This document shows, in pieces, positions 10,627-24,299 of a stretch of 64,000 nt of DNA. How positions within the stretch are numbered: the first letter of the stretch is position 1; each line of letters starts with the position of its first letter. A program made the translations under genes and the position numbers. This DNA comes from Eledone cirrhosa (lineage: Eukaryota), in the NCBI GenBank assembly GCA_964016885.1, contig OZ024746.1, positions 69,254,001 to 69,318,000 of the forward strand, given 5' to 3'. The notes under the pieces were generated by a model, which worked only from the letters and a program-made list of their open reading frames with translations, ran no database searches and was not told the origin of the DNA.

Positions 10627-13600
10627 ATCGTAGGCCCTATTTGGTCATGAATGACCATGGTTTTGCGCCTAGAAAGTTCCCCTCCGTGGCACAAGCCTAG
10701 GCAAGATGTGTTTGTGGAAGACCAGCAGTCACCCAAGAATACAAGTCTCCCCTCACCAAGCCACCGATGTTGCCCAACGGAAAGGCAATGGCCGATAGAG
10801 CTTGGCATAAGTGACGTTGCAAATCATTTTCTACAGCTGAGTAAATTGTGCCTTGCTCAAGGACACAACGCATTAATCGAACTGCCCAACCTCTCGATTG
10901 CAAACCCAACGCTCTAACCACTAAGCTATGCGCCTTCACACACATACACACATATAATTCAAGCGAATTCTGCGCAAACGCTTGTGGATAAATTCAATGA
11001 ACTCAGAAACCGATTTCATTTTACGTTTCAATCAATAGCTCTTCGTAAAGAAACCGATAAAGCAGCAGACTGGACTTTGGTCTTTAGATCTGAGAGTAAA
11101 GTACCAGCCCTAGCTGATTGAAGTAACGGAGTTATATAATAAAAATGTCTAAGTAAGGGAGAAACTATTATCTGTGTATATATGTGTAAGATAGTTGTTT
11201 AACAACAACACATGCTTTCCCTCCCGTTTAATCTTTTCCAATTTGTTGTTGCTGGGTTTTTTTCTTACTCTCGTCTAAGATGCTAGAATAACCAAGCACC
11301 CTCGTGGACATCACCAGACACATTAGTAAAGCGAACCGTCAACAATGACAAAAACTTCGTCGCCAGTAACCCAGTTACGCCCAAAGGTTTCGAATGCTCC
11401 AGGCTGAAAAAAAAAAAAAAAAAAGGTGTACCGATAATTCCTGTTATTTTAGAATTTTATTCCGTTCGGCCACGGATACATTGACCATCACCTTCGCCCT
11501 AGCATTTGAGTTTGTTTTGTTTTCGTTTGTGAAAAATGAAGAAAGAGTTCAAAGTTCAACATAGTTGGTAAAAGTGAGATCACAAATATTCTGTCTCGTA
11601 AAACAATAAATCTACATGCCCAGACGAATTCCGCTTAGAAAAAACTCCAAAGTTTCAAGGATCAAAAACAGGAAAGCAGAATCCGTATTGGATTGCATTT
11701 TTATTGTTATACCAAATAAAATATGGTTTTATTTAGAAAAACACCCCTCGCGATAACACATATGAGGAAGCGTAGGGATATACCTTTTCGAGTCCAGACT
11801 GAATCTCTCTGCTTGGATGTTCACCTGTTTTACGTCCGACCAAAGAATACAGAGTCTCTCACGCACAATCATAGAACGTCCACACAGTACCACGTCCTGA
11901 CCAAAAAGAGCGCGAAAGGCCCGCGAACTATGATGTCACTGTCAACAATATTACGATCTGAGTTCAAATCCCGCCGAATGTTGACTTTGCCTTTCATCCT
12001 TACAGGGTCGATAAAATAAAGTACCAGTAATGCACTGGATAATTGCTGGCCTTGTGCCTAAAATAGAAACAATTATTTCTCGTCCTTCAGATGTCAATAA
12101 AATAAGTCTTGGGATCGATGTAATCGACCATACCTTAAAATGCAGTGTCCAGGAAAGGACACGGTCCGATGACTGAAACAAATAAAAGTGAAAAAGAAAA
12201 ACAAATTGAGAATAAGTAATATTATATACTGGAAAACAAAAGTATGTTGTTTAGTAAAGATATATACTGCATAAATATAGGTAAAAGGAATTCTATAAGC
12301 TGATATGAGTTTCCTCTTTCGTTTTTCTAATAAGCTTTATACCACAAAACGTCGTTGCTACTAATGATAAGGTAGCATATTTTTTATTTATTTATTTATT
12401 TTTGTAATGAAAGACAGGTAGCATGAAACCAATTATTTTCCATTTATGGATTTGAAGCAACTTTCAAAGAATAAATATCAATAGATTCCTTAGTACATGG
12501 GTTTAGCGAAAACATTAATATGGAAGTTGGGATTTTAAAAAAATGTATGTAGTCGTGATTGCAAAAAACGAGAGGAAAAAATCACAAAATGTAATGGCAA
12601 ACATCAGTAGATAAAGAAATGATAAAATAGGTAGACAGAAAGGACTATAAATATCTATAAAACGCTATAAATATCTAAGTATGACAAACCTAGATAATAT
12701 TTTTTCTTAAATGGAATGAAGGGATTATTTAGAAAATATAAGGATATTGAGGTTTTCTTGAACAGTTCCGTGCAGTACAACACATCCATCCGTCTACTCT
12801 TACCATGTTTATTTGTTTCTTTGGACGATTTTCGTAGCACGTTTGATAGAAGGTTGCTAACTTCTAGCTTAACTCTCCTCCATTTCTTGAAAGCAAGGAA
12901 CATAATAAATCTCTCACCACACCATCAACCATCTCAGCACAGAGCAGTCGATTCCCGAATAAAGAAAGAAGAATCGATCCACTATAACCCGAAAGAATTA
13001 GCGGTACACATTCCTTTAAATGGTTTGGGACCACTGAATAAACAGGATTTTCGCTTATTGAGTACTATACAGTTTCTTACTCATTCACAAAATATTTCCG
13101 CCCAAATGATAGATATAGAATCAACTGTATTTTTTATGGGCCAAATCAAAAGGTAGTATGCAATCTATGGATGGGAATGATCCTGGAAAAGATACTCTCA
13201 ATCAATGCTTCTGCAGTGGGCAATAATGAGATTTCTGCTGATGAGTGCAAGTCAAACGATCTCCTCACCTCCAAGCACCCTTTTATTGATAGAGTGCCCT
13301 GCAATTAAGTAGTGCTAGTAAAATTGAGTTCCTATCAGTTAACGGTGTGGAAGTGATAGACTTTCTGCTATGTTGGGTGGTACGAACATTACTTTTTAAC
13401 TCTTTCAAGGACTTAGATTCCTTTCTGCATATACTGCAGCGAAAGAAAAAAGTAAAGGCCATGCTCACACAGTACATGTGAAAGTTCTTTATATATATGT
13501 GATGCCTTGTTAAGTGAAGAAAGGCCTTAACCAAAACGAAGAACAGGTCAACATCATTAGTTGCCATTAAGTTGCAGGTTTTTCTTCTCCTATAATGATG

Positions 13601-13678
13601 TCCTAACAAGAACTAGGGGTCTTTCATTCCCAGTGGGCTAAACGCTCGGACATCAAACCAAGTATTTCCATGTCCTCG

Positions 13679-13723
<45 letters not shown>

Positions 13724-13759
13724 GCGTGTGTGTGTGAATATGTATATATATATACTCTA

Positions 13760-13795
13760 TCTTCTGATGAAGGACTAGTGTCCAAAACGTTAAGA
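13760..13795 (+). ncRNA. Minimal hammerhead-like motif, probably inactivated (GAAA>AAAA)
   Basis: TCTT-CTGATGA-aGGACtagtGTCC-AAAA-CG-TT-AAGA, directly after (TA)n. The change is consistent with CpG decay of CGAAA. Confidence 0.65.
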
Positions 13796-13825
13796 CTTTT
13801 TTTCTAGCTATTTCAAGCATACATA

Positions 13826-14235
13826 TATGGTGGCTGCCAACTCGTTTTCGAGTACGGCCACTACTTTATATCCATGTAGGAGAACCCCTACCGATGCGCT
13901 GAACGAGTGTGACTTTTTAGTCCAGCCAGCGACTTGAAAACTCTGGTACAAACACTACACTTGTGACAACTATTGACACATAGTGCTGGGCCCATGGCAC
14001 CATGTGACGACAAGTGCAGAGAGATCTCCAGATATAAAGCAATGCCTGTGCCGTGAAGCTTTTATAGTGAGCAAAGGCACTGCACAAAGCCAGTCCCACT
14101 CTCTTAACCAAGATGATATTTACCAAAAAGAAGAACAAGTCAACATCATTGGATACCATCAGAGTTGCAGGTGTTATATCAGAGTTTTCCTTCTCCTAGA
14201 ATTCTGCCTTGACAAAGGCTAAGGGGTCATCTCTC
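13826..14235 (-). mobile_element. Copy of the bipartite RTE derivative
   Basis: Reverse complement of ~27278-27682; the ORF track shows the same MVSNDVDLFFFLVN peptide. An older relative lies at ~13370-13680. Confidence 0.8.
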
Positions 14236-15306
14236 ATATATACATACATACATATATTCATTATTATTAAGATAAAGTACCAGTAATGCACTGGATAATT
14301 GCTGGCCTTGTGCCTAAAGTAGAAACAATTATTATTAAGGCTGGTGGATTGGCAGTATCGGTAGCGAGTCGGATGCTATGCTTTGCAGCAAAGAGTTACG
14401 GCCCTTTATGGCCTGAGTTCAAATCCCGCCGAAGTTAACTTTGCCTTTCATCCTTACGGGGTCGATGAAATAAAGTACCAGTAATGCACTGGGATAATTC
14501 CTGGACTTGTGCCAAAAGTAGAAACAATTATTATTAAGGCTAAAAAGTAAGTCGTGTTACTCTGGAGTTTCGCCTGTTTAGCACCGGGTCATAAGACAAG
14601 AACTAACGCTTCCATGGCAGGCACAGTAAATATAAGGAAGACTTGATGTGGAGGAAAGGCTAACCACTCGGACACCAAACCGAGTATCACCATGTCCCCG
14701 CCCATACGTGTGTGTATGTATGTATGTATGTATGTATGTATGCATGCATTTTTTTTTTGGGGGGGGGGGCACCCTGTATAAATAAGTTTTAAAAAATCTA
14801 TCTGGAGCTCGGAAGCTCATTAGGCCGGTGTTTATCCCTGTTCCGTGGCGTTAAATGACTGAGTGTACAAGACTCCCCATGGACAGGACGCCAGTCTATT
14901 CCAAGGTTAAACCGCTGTTATTGTTGGTACTCATTTTCAGCGGAATATACTGGAGCAACATGAAATGAAGTGTTTTGCTTTAGAACACAGCACACTATTC
15001 AGTCCAGGAATCGAACTCACGACACTATGATCGCGCCTCTACTATATATATATATAACGAAGGAGGTGTGGTAAGGAACCAGATGGACCATAACGCACCA
15101 GAGTACTCAATACTTAGGTTAGTAGAGTGGGTAATAGGAAAATGTTTAAATGATATGGGTTAAACATTTTCCTATTATATATATATATCTATATATATAT
15201 ATATATAAATGAAAGGTATAGAAAATATTTTAGCAAAAAGCCAATATATATATATATATAGAGAGAGATGATATATCTCAAGATGATCATCTCTCTCTCT
15301 CTCACT

Positions 15307-15350
15307 ATGATGATTTCAAATGAATGAAACAGTTCTAGTCCTGTAGAATC
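15307..15350 (+). ncRNA. 5'-truncated hammerhead-like motif
   Basis: aTGATGA-tTTCaaatGAAt-GAAA-CAGttctagtcCTG-TA-gaatc. C3 and the 5' strand of stem I are missing. Lies among (TA)n/(CT)n tracts. Confidence 0.45.
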
Positions 15351-15422
15351 TTATATATATATATATATATATATATATAATGAAAAATTGAACAGGGACA
15401 GAACAGAGAGGCAGTATGATAA

Positions 15423-15494
<72 letters not shown>

Positions 15495-16989
15495 GAAAAT
15501 ATAGAAATTATTGTGAGCTAGAAGCCAACAGTATTTCATTATATATTATATATATATATATATAAAGAAAGAGTCGGGGCCTGACGGCTGAGCTCTCGCC
15601 GTTTCGACAAATGTATGTGTGTATGTATATTTGTATGTTTATATGTATGTGTGTATGTGTATAGGCAGTATAACCGTGCAAAACCTTTTGTGAATGAAAT
15701 ACACGATGAGCAATAGAAACCGATAGTGCGAACAAGTGCAAAACGAAAGCCTGTAGCGCTATCTATTGAGGCAGGGAACCAACAATTGGCAAAGCGTACA
15801 TGTTAACTATAGTTTTCAGTGATTCGTTTTATACTTTGATACAATTTCTTGCGTACATTAAAGGTAGTCTAATTTGTAAAATTTAAAAAACTATTTCCCC
15901 TAATTTATTATAATTATAATTTATTTGAAAATATTTTACTTTATAAAATGAGATTCGAAAATAACCTCGTTACTACAAAGCTAGAATTTGTTTTTTGTTT
16001 TCGACATTATAAACATTGTTTATTCGTTAATGTCGATAAATTATAGATTTTTAAAAAATCTTTAAGATAAATAAAAATTATTAAGTTTTTGACACCAAAT
16101 TTATAAAATCACAGAAAGCGAAAGGACATTGCCGAATAATTAAAAAAACGAAGGTTTTTTTCATAAGGAAATTAGCAATGATTAAATTTATTAAAATAAT
16201 TAGGATTATAATTGTTAGTACGGACTTGTATTTGAATTATAATTCTTAATCAATCGGAAATGTGTTTTGTTTCCTGTTTTTCTTTAGATGTGTCATCAAA
16301 AAATAAATAAATAAATAAATAAAAGCCTACAAAAATAATTATTTACTGTTTATCAACAACAGAATTAATAATTGATGTTGCGTAGCCAGAGGTCAGCCCT
16401 GATCGCGCAAACATCTATGTTCGAAATCATTCCAGCCGTAACCATCCCGTTATATTCAGTCTTTCTCTGACTGACTACGTTATCGTGTGTGTCCTTCCTG
16501 TTTTCTCGCGGTGAGGGCGAGGGGGGGATTTTACCTGCTATTTCTAGCACGTTGAGCAACCACATAAAACAGAGAGGCTTTCCCCTAGTTAGTTCTAAAT
16601 TGCTGTACTATTAATAAACAACAACGTGTAATAAACTGCTCGGTAACTAATAGAGAGAGAGGGAGAGAGAGATAGAGAGAGAGTCATCGTTATTACGTCC
16701 GTTCTTCCGTGAAAAAGTTAATAAAGAAAATTCAACGTAAGATAAACAATTCAAACATATCACGTTAAAAAACTATTTCTTTCTTTTTAGAAAACAGGCG
16801 ATATCGAGGATTTTGACTAAACAGTAGAAATGTCGAATAAAATCAGTGTATTTAGGCTAACAACTTACCCCCTCCACACACACACGTACATACTTTATTT
16901 TTTTTATCTTCTTTATGAACATTATATCTCTCTATAGTTATGTAGCAAATCGATTTTTCCCCTACCCCCAGTTGTTGTTTGTCGTCGTG

Positions 16990-17440
16990 TTTTGGATGAT
17001 GATGGTAGCCATGATGATGACGGTGATGATGGTGATAATAATTATAATAGTGATGACGATGATGGTAATGAAGATGATGATAACGATGATTCTGGTTGTG
17101 GTGGTGGAGATGATGATGATGATGATAGTAATGGTGGTGATAATAGTGATGGTGATGATGAACATGATGATGACGATGATGGTGGTGATGGTGATGGTGA
17201 TGACGATGATGGTAACGTGGAAGATAGTGGTGAAGATGGTGATGGCGATGATGGTAATGGTGAAGATAGTGATGATGATGATGATAATAATAATGAAGAT
17301 TATGTTTGTGGTGGTAATGATGATAATAATGATGATGATGGACATGTTGATTTTGTTGGCGGTGGGGATGTTGATGGTGGTGGAGATACTGATGACGAAG
17401 ATGGATGAGAGGAGGAGGAGGAAGAGGGGGAGGGAGGGTG
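16990..17440. repeat. Degenerate (GAT/GGT)n low-complexity tract
   Basis: Visible triplet repeat. Confidence 0.9.
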
Positions 17441-17570
17441 GCATCATCGGCAACAACACGGCATTGGAGGAAGAAGAAAAAGAAAAAAAGAAAACTAGGT
17501 CAACATTTGTTTTGGTGCAAAATATCATTCACGTGAGACCCTATTGCCTTGCTTAGGCATTAATTCTTCC

Positions 17571-19330
17571 CCACCACCACCACCATAAACAACAACACCA
17601 CAACCATTACACTACCACCACCAACAACAACACAACAACCATTACACTACCACCACCAACAACAACACAACCATTACACTACCACCACCACCATCAACAA
17701 CAGCACCACAACCATTACACTACCACCACCAACAACAACACAACCATTACACTACCACCACCAACAACAACACAACCATTACACTACCACCACCAACAAC
17801 AACACAACAACCATTACACTACCACCACCAACAACAACACAACCATTACACTACCACCCACCACCAACATCAACAACAACACCACAACCATTACACTACC
17901 ACCACCAACAACAACACAACCATTACACTACCACCACCACCAACAACACAACAACCATTACACTACCACCACCACCAACAACAACACAACCATTACACTA
18001 CCACCCACCACCAACATCAACAACAACACCACAACCATTACACTACCACCACCAACAACAACACAACCATTACACTACCACCACCAACAACAACACAACC
18101 ATTACACTACCACCACCAACAACAACACAACCATTACACTACCACCACCATCAACAACAACACCACAACCATTACACTACCACCACCAACAACAACACAA
18201 CCATTACACTACCACCACCAACAACAACACAACCATTACACTACCACCACCAACAACAACACAACAACCATTACACTACCACCACCAACAACAACACAAC
18301 AACCATTACACTACCACCACCAACAACAACACAACCATTACACTACCACCCACCACCAACATCAACAACAACACCACAACCATTACACTACCACCACCAA
18401 CAACAACACAACCATTACACTACCACCACCACCAACAACAACACCACCACAACCATTACACTACCACCACCAACAACAACACCACAACCACTACTACTAC
18501 CACCACCAACAACAACACCACAACCACTACTACTACCACCACCATCAACAACACAACCATTACACTACCACCACCACCAACAACAATACCACCACAACCA
18601 TTACACTACCACCACCAACAACACCACCACAACCATTACACTACCACCAACCATTACACTACCACCACCAACAACAACAACACCACTACCACCACCAACA
18701 ACAACAATACCACAACCAGCAACAACAACACCACAACCATTACACTACCACCACCATCAACAACACAACCATTACACTACCACCACCAACAACAACAATA
18801 CCACCACAACCATTACACTACCACCACCAACAACACCACCACAACCATTACACTACCACCAACCATTACACTACCACCACCAACAACACCACTACCACCA
18901 CCAACAACAACAATACCACAACCAGCAACAACAACACCACAACCATTACACTACCACCACCATCAACAACACAACCATTACACTACCACCACCAACAACA
19001 ACACCACAACCATTACACTACCACCACCATCAACAACACAACCATTACACTACCACCACCAACAACAACACCACAACCATTACACTACCACCACCAACAA
19101 CAACACCACAACCACTACTACTACCACCACCACCAACAACAACACCACTACAACCATTACACTACCACCACCAACAACAACACCACAACCATTACACTAC
19201 TACTACCACCAACAACAACACCACAACCATTACACTACTACTACCACCACCACCAACAACACAACCATTACACTACCACCACCACCACCAACAGCAACAA
19301 CAACAACACACCCATTACACTACCATCAAT
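17571..19330. repeat. ~30-bp compound minisatellite (CAC/CAA triplets)
   Basis: Unit acaaccattacactaccaccaccaacaacaac with variants, over ~1.75 kb; almost G-free. Confidence 0.95.
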
Positions 19331-19564
19331 AACAACACCGCCACCATCAACCTCCCCCACCCACTCCAACTTTATGAAAGAAACAAGCAAAATTCTACTA
19401 AAGTCTGATTCCTGTTTTCTTCATAATAAATGAATAAACAATATATTATAAATAATAAATCAATAAGGAATAATAATTATTAATAATAAAAATAATAATG
19501 ATGTCTTTATTTTAATGATAATAAAAATAAAATAACGATGATTTAATAAATAAAGATTGGGATT

Positions 19565-20700
19565 ATTTTTGTTGTTGTTGCTGCTGTTGTTATTGTTGTT
19601 GCTGCTGCTGTTGTTATTGTTATTCTTGTTATTAATGATGATGATGATGATGATGACGATGATGATGATGATGATGATGATAGTGATGATGATAACGATG
19701 ATGATGATGATGATGATGATGATAGTGATGATGATGATAATGATGATGATGATGATGATGATGATGTTATTTAACCCTGAGTCAACTTCTTGATCGAGTA
19801 GACGGTAGATCTATGATCAGATGTTATCCAACCATGACAATCCAAACGTTTTGTGTATATTTAGGTGTACATAGACATACCTACGTTGTTTTTCTTTTAT
19901 TCCCATTCGTTGAGGGAGATTTGGCTGTTGTTTCTATTTCTATTCTTATTTCTATAGCAGCAGTGTTGGAGATGAGTAAAAGATAAAAACATTGTGTTCT
20001 CGGTGATGTAGTGTTGTTGTTGCTGTTGTAGTGGTGGCGGTGGCGGTGGCGGTTGTGATGGTGGTGGTGCCGTTGGTGGTGGTGGTGTAGTGGTGTTGCA
20101 GTTGGTGGTGGTGGTGGTGGTGCTGCTGCTGCTGATGATGATGGTGGTGTAGTGGTAGTGGTGGTGGTGGTGGCCATAGTACTGATGTAGTAGTGCTGTT
20201 GTTGTTGGTGGTGGTGGTGGTGCTGATGATGGTGGTGGTGATGTAGTGTTGTTGTTGTTGTTGTTGTTGTTGGTAGTGATGGTGTAGTGACGGTGGTAGT
20301 GGTAGTTTTGATGGTCGGGGTTTTGATGTAGTAGTGGTGTTGGTAATGTAGTGGTGTTGTTGCTGGTGATATAGTGGTTATGGTGGTGGTGCAGTGGTAG
20401 TGGTGGTGGTGGTGTAGTGATAATGGTGTAGTGGTGGTGGTGGTGTAGTGATAATGGTGTAGTAGTAGTGGTGGTGGTGGTAATGGTGTAGTGGTGGTGG
20501 TGGTGTAGTGATAATGGTGTAGTAGTGGTGGTGGTGGTGATGGTGTAGTGATAATGGTGTAGTGGTGGTGGTGGTGTAGTGATAATGGTGTAGTAGTGGT
20601 GGTGGTGGTGGTGGTGGTGGTGGTGGTGTGGTGGTAATGGTGTAGTGGTGGTGGTGGTGGTGTAATGGTAATGGTGTAGTGGTGATGGTGGTGGTTGTTG
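19565..20700. repeat. (TTG)n/(GAT)n/(GGT)n low-complexity tracts
   Basis: Visible triplet repeats; 20340-20690 carries taatggtgtagtggtgg units. Confidence 0.9.
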
Positions 20701-21103
20701 TTCGAGTTCCACAGGAACAAGGTTTGATTTTTTTTGGATAAGAAAGAATGCAAATATTGTTTAGTTAGAAGAGTTGGAGAGGTGAAGTAGTGGATATGAT
20801 GTTTTATATTTTTATTTTTAAATTTATTTATTTCTATTTTTATTTTGGTTTAGTCATAGGAGGATAGGAAGCTCCCATGACCTTTGTAGAACCTCCAAGA
20901 CTTGGTAGATGGAGGAAGGGAGGAACCATCCCTGTTGTTTGTCAATAGATGTGTGCAGTAAAGTACTTTCATTGAGATTGGTACACAACAAGAAAGTTCA
21001 AGGAAACCATTAGGTTAAACCCATATACTTTCTCAGCCTCTACATGGTCATTAGATCTGCTAGAAATAGCAGCGAAATCTTCCTAAAATCACACCTTACT
21101 GTC

Positions 21104-21311
21104 TTAACCCTTTAGCATTTAAACCAGCCATATCCTGCCAAAATTCTCTCACCTTCTCACTTCTGTATAAACTGGCAATAACCAGCTGCTCATACTTATG
21201 TTAAGGTATTGGTCTCAAAATAAATGATATCAACATCTCATAGATTTGATATTATGTGAGATAATTATGTACAATAGTGAATATAGAGAAATATAAATGC
21301 TAAAGGATTAA
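21104..21311. mobile_element. piggyBac-like MITE (TTAA TSD)
   Basis: TTAA-CCCTTTAGCATTT ... AAATGCTAAAGGA-TTAA. It interrupts another dispersed repeat. Relatives lie at 22805-22954 and 39332-39556. Confidence 0.8.
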
Positions 21312-21759
21312 AATATAGAAATGTCATACTGGATAATGTAATCCATGATACATTGTCTGGTAAATGAGATGGATTGGTCATGACTGGAATGACTTTGATA
21401 GGTTTTGATGGTAGTTAATTCAAAGTTAATCAACAAACGCCCACCCACACTGTGCCTTCTCTACATCAACAACCTGTCCATTGACATTTCTCTACTTATA
21501 CACATCAGACCATAATCTGAAGGGAGCAATAGTGTATCTAGTGTTTGTGCTGTCTGGGGGAGGGTGGAAGACTATTAGTTTGTCTAATCCCTACAAAACA
21601 CCACACAGCATACATCAAAAGTGACTGGGCCCTTACACCCCCAGCTCTACTACAGGAATCGTTAACATAATCACTAGAAATAGCAGCCACACTCTACTAT
21701 TGGTGTGGGGGCATTGAATAATGTAGATCAGGTATAGGCAACCTTTTTTGAGCAGTAGA

Positions 21760-22050
21760 CCATATGAAATATGGATCATCATAAGGTGGACCACATGAGT
21801 TATGACTCATATTAAGGCGGGCCACATGAGATACATAACATATGACTCGTCATAAAGTGCGACATATGAGATATGGTCATCATAAGGTGGGTCCCATGAG
21901 ATATGGTTCATCATAAAGTGGGACACATGAGATATAACTCTTCATAAAGTAGGACACATGAGATATGATTTGTCATAACATGAGCCATATAAGATATAGC
22001 TCGTCATAATGTAAGCCAAGATGTGACTCATCATGTGGGACACATGAGAT
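21760..22050. repeat. Degenerate ~31-bp minisatellite
   Basis: Unit ~cacatgagatatggctcatcataaagtggga, ~9 copies. Confidence 0.75.
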
Positions 22051-22690
22051 ATTACTGATGACAGCAAGGAGATGGTTGAGTAGATCGCTGGTAACCTGTA
22101 ACAAGATCTGGGTCTACTGCTATGATTCAGAGACCAAAAGATAAAGTGCCCAGTGGAAACATGCTAACTCCCCAAGACCCAAGAAGGCTGGCAAAGCAGT
22201 TCCACTGGGAAGCTAATGTGATCCCATTTTTCAACAGCAAGGGCATCATCTACATCCACTGGGTCCTCCAGGGCTAGGCAGGCAATAAAGAGTACTATGT
22301 AGGGGTTTTGAGGCAGTTCAGAAAAAGATTTTGTTGCAAGAGACCAGAACTCTTCAAGCCAGGTCTGTGGCACCTGCACCTGGACAATGCCATCTGCTAC
22401 AAATCGATCCTTGTACCAACTACTTGGCCGATATGAGGATCAAGACTGTCCTTCATTCTCCCTACAGTCCAGACTTAGCCCCATGTGACTTCTAGATGTT
22501 CCCGAAGCTGAAGGAGAAGCTCAGGGGTATCTGCTTTGAGGATGTGGAGGAGATGAAGGAAGCTGTGACAAACACCCTGGACACTTTCACTTTGGAGAAC
22601 TACAAGAGGGACTTCCAGAAGTGGCTGGAGCACTACAACAAGTGCATTGAAGTTGGAAGATCCTACTTTGAGGCATCGCTTGATATGTGA
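22050..22690 (+). mobile_element. Mariner transposase C-terminal remnant
   Basis: WHLHLDNA, HSPYSPDLAPCDF*MFPKLKEKLRG and FQKWLEHYNKCIEVGRSYFE. Confidence 0.88.
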
Positions 22691-23439
22691 CATCCCCATC
22701 TTGAACTGGCACTTTTGAAAGTATGAAAGGCAAAGTTGACCATTGCGGGATTTGAGTGCAGAGAGCTGGAATGAATATTCATGCTTGTCAATAGCACAAT
22801 GGCTTTTTCATACCTACATTAAGGTATTGTTCTCAAAATGAATAACATCAAAATCTCATAGATTCAATATCATGTGAGATAATTATGTAAGATAAAGCCT
22901 TTACTGTGAAAATACAATAGTAAAAATAGAGTAATGTAAATGTAAAAGGGTTAAGTTGCAACATACCTCATCTCTGTAGGAAGTCTCTCAGAAACAAGTA
23001 ATGTATACAAGTAGTTTATGCCAACAAATGTACACACCCATACATTTATTTAGTCACTCCCATACATCACTACTTCAGCAAGAATGAGATCAGAATAGGA
23101 CAGAAATGCAGTAATTTGACTGAAGTACTAGAGCAGTCATGAGCATACTGCAGCCTGTTTGGCTTTCTGAATAGCATGCCTAATTTCGAATTTCCCTTGA
23201 ATATTTTAGTTGAGCAGCCCAGCTTATGATAAGCCACATCCTATGTGACCCATGGCTCGTAAAAGGTTGTCTAAACCTGTATTAGAGCATAACTTGCAGC
23301 GTTTGTTCCAGCTCTTTGCTCTCTGAATTCAAATTCCACTGAGGTTAATTTTGCCCTTCATTCTTCTTCTTCTTCTTCTTCTTCTTCTTCTTCTTCTTCT
23401 TCTTCTTCTTCTTCTTCTTCTTCTTCTTCTTCTTTTTCT

Positions 23440-24090
23440 TGTCTCACTTATTCCTGAGAGGATCGTATGGGCAGAGTCCTCAAACACTTCTTCTAGTGAG
23501 TCCTGAAGCTGGCTCATTACTGCATCAGCTCCTGCAATTCTTGCACTTAATTCAGCCACCTGCCTTCCATCACTCATGAACATGGCCCCGGGATACTTGA
23601 ACTTCTTCACCTGCTTCAGTGGAACTCCATTCATATGTAGCAGGCTTCTTTGAGAGGATGAGTGTCTCGGTTTTTGCAGCACTGATTTTCATTCCAACCA
23701 TGCAGCACTCAGCATCAAACCTATCAAGTGCAAGTCGGAGATGACCTTCTGTTGAGTTAAGTAATATCATATCCTTTGCAAATTTCAGCTGACTGATTTT
23801 ATATCTGCCAGTTGTAAGACCACATCCAGCCTGGCTGTGCATGTTAGAGGTGACAGTACACACCTTTGGCAGAGTCCAACTTCCACATTGAATGGTTTCA
23901 ATTTAGCACCATTTATCTGACCACAAATACAGTATTGAGCATTCATATAGAGACATCAAGGCAACAAGAAGCTAACCATTGATCCCATACTCCTGCAGAA
24001 CTTTCCAAATCAAATTCCGAGGAACATGGTCATATACCTTTCGAAGGTCTACAAAACAAGAATATACCTCTTGGCAATACTTCCACAATT
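23440..24090 (-). mobile_element. Degenerate LINE RT fragment, same family as 7880-9030
   Basis: Nucleotide similarity to 8320-9030; FVDLRKVYDHVP and LKQVKKFKYPG. (CTT)n lies at its 3' side. Confidence 0.85.
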
Positions 24091-24299
24091 CCAGGAACAA
24101 TAAAATTAAGTAGAAGTCTGTAGACTATTGGAGGAGATGGTGTATGGTACCAACATTTTGTGTTCTGAGTACAAATCTAGTGACCTAGTTGGATGGTAGA
24201 CTACATCTGTCCCTCAGTTTAACATAAATACCTGGCCCTTGGATGCCTTTAATATAGCTCACTCTATTGACTAAAACAATAAAAAACAAAAAACCAAAA

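Noticed and set aside
16915-20753. Asp-, Met-, His- and Thr-rich ORFs (mucin- or biomineral-like)
   Set aside because: Triplet low-complexity DNA open in several frames on both strands, with no splice or domain support.
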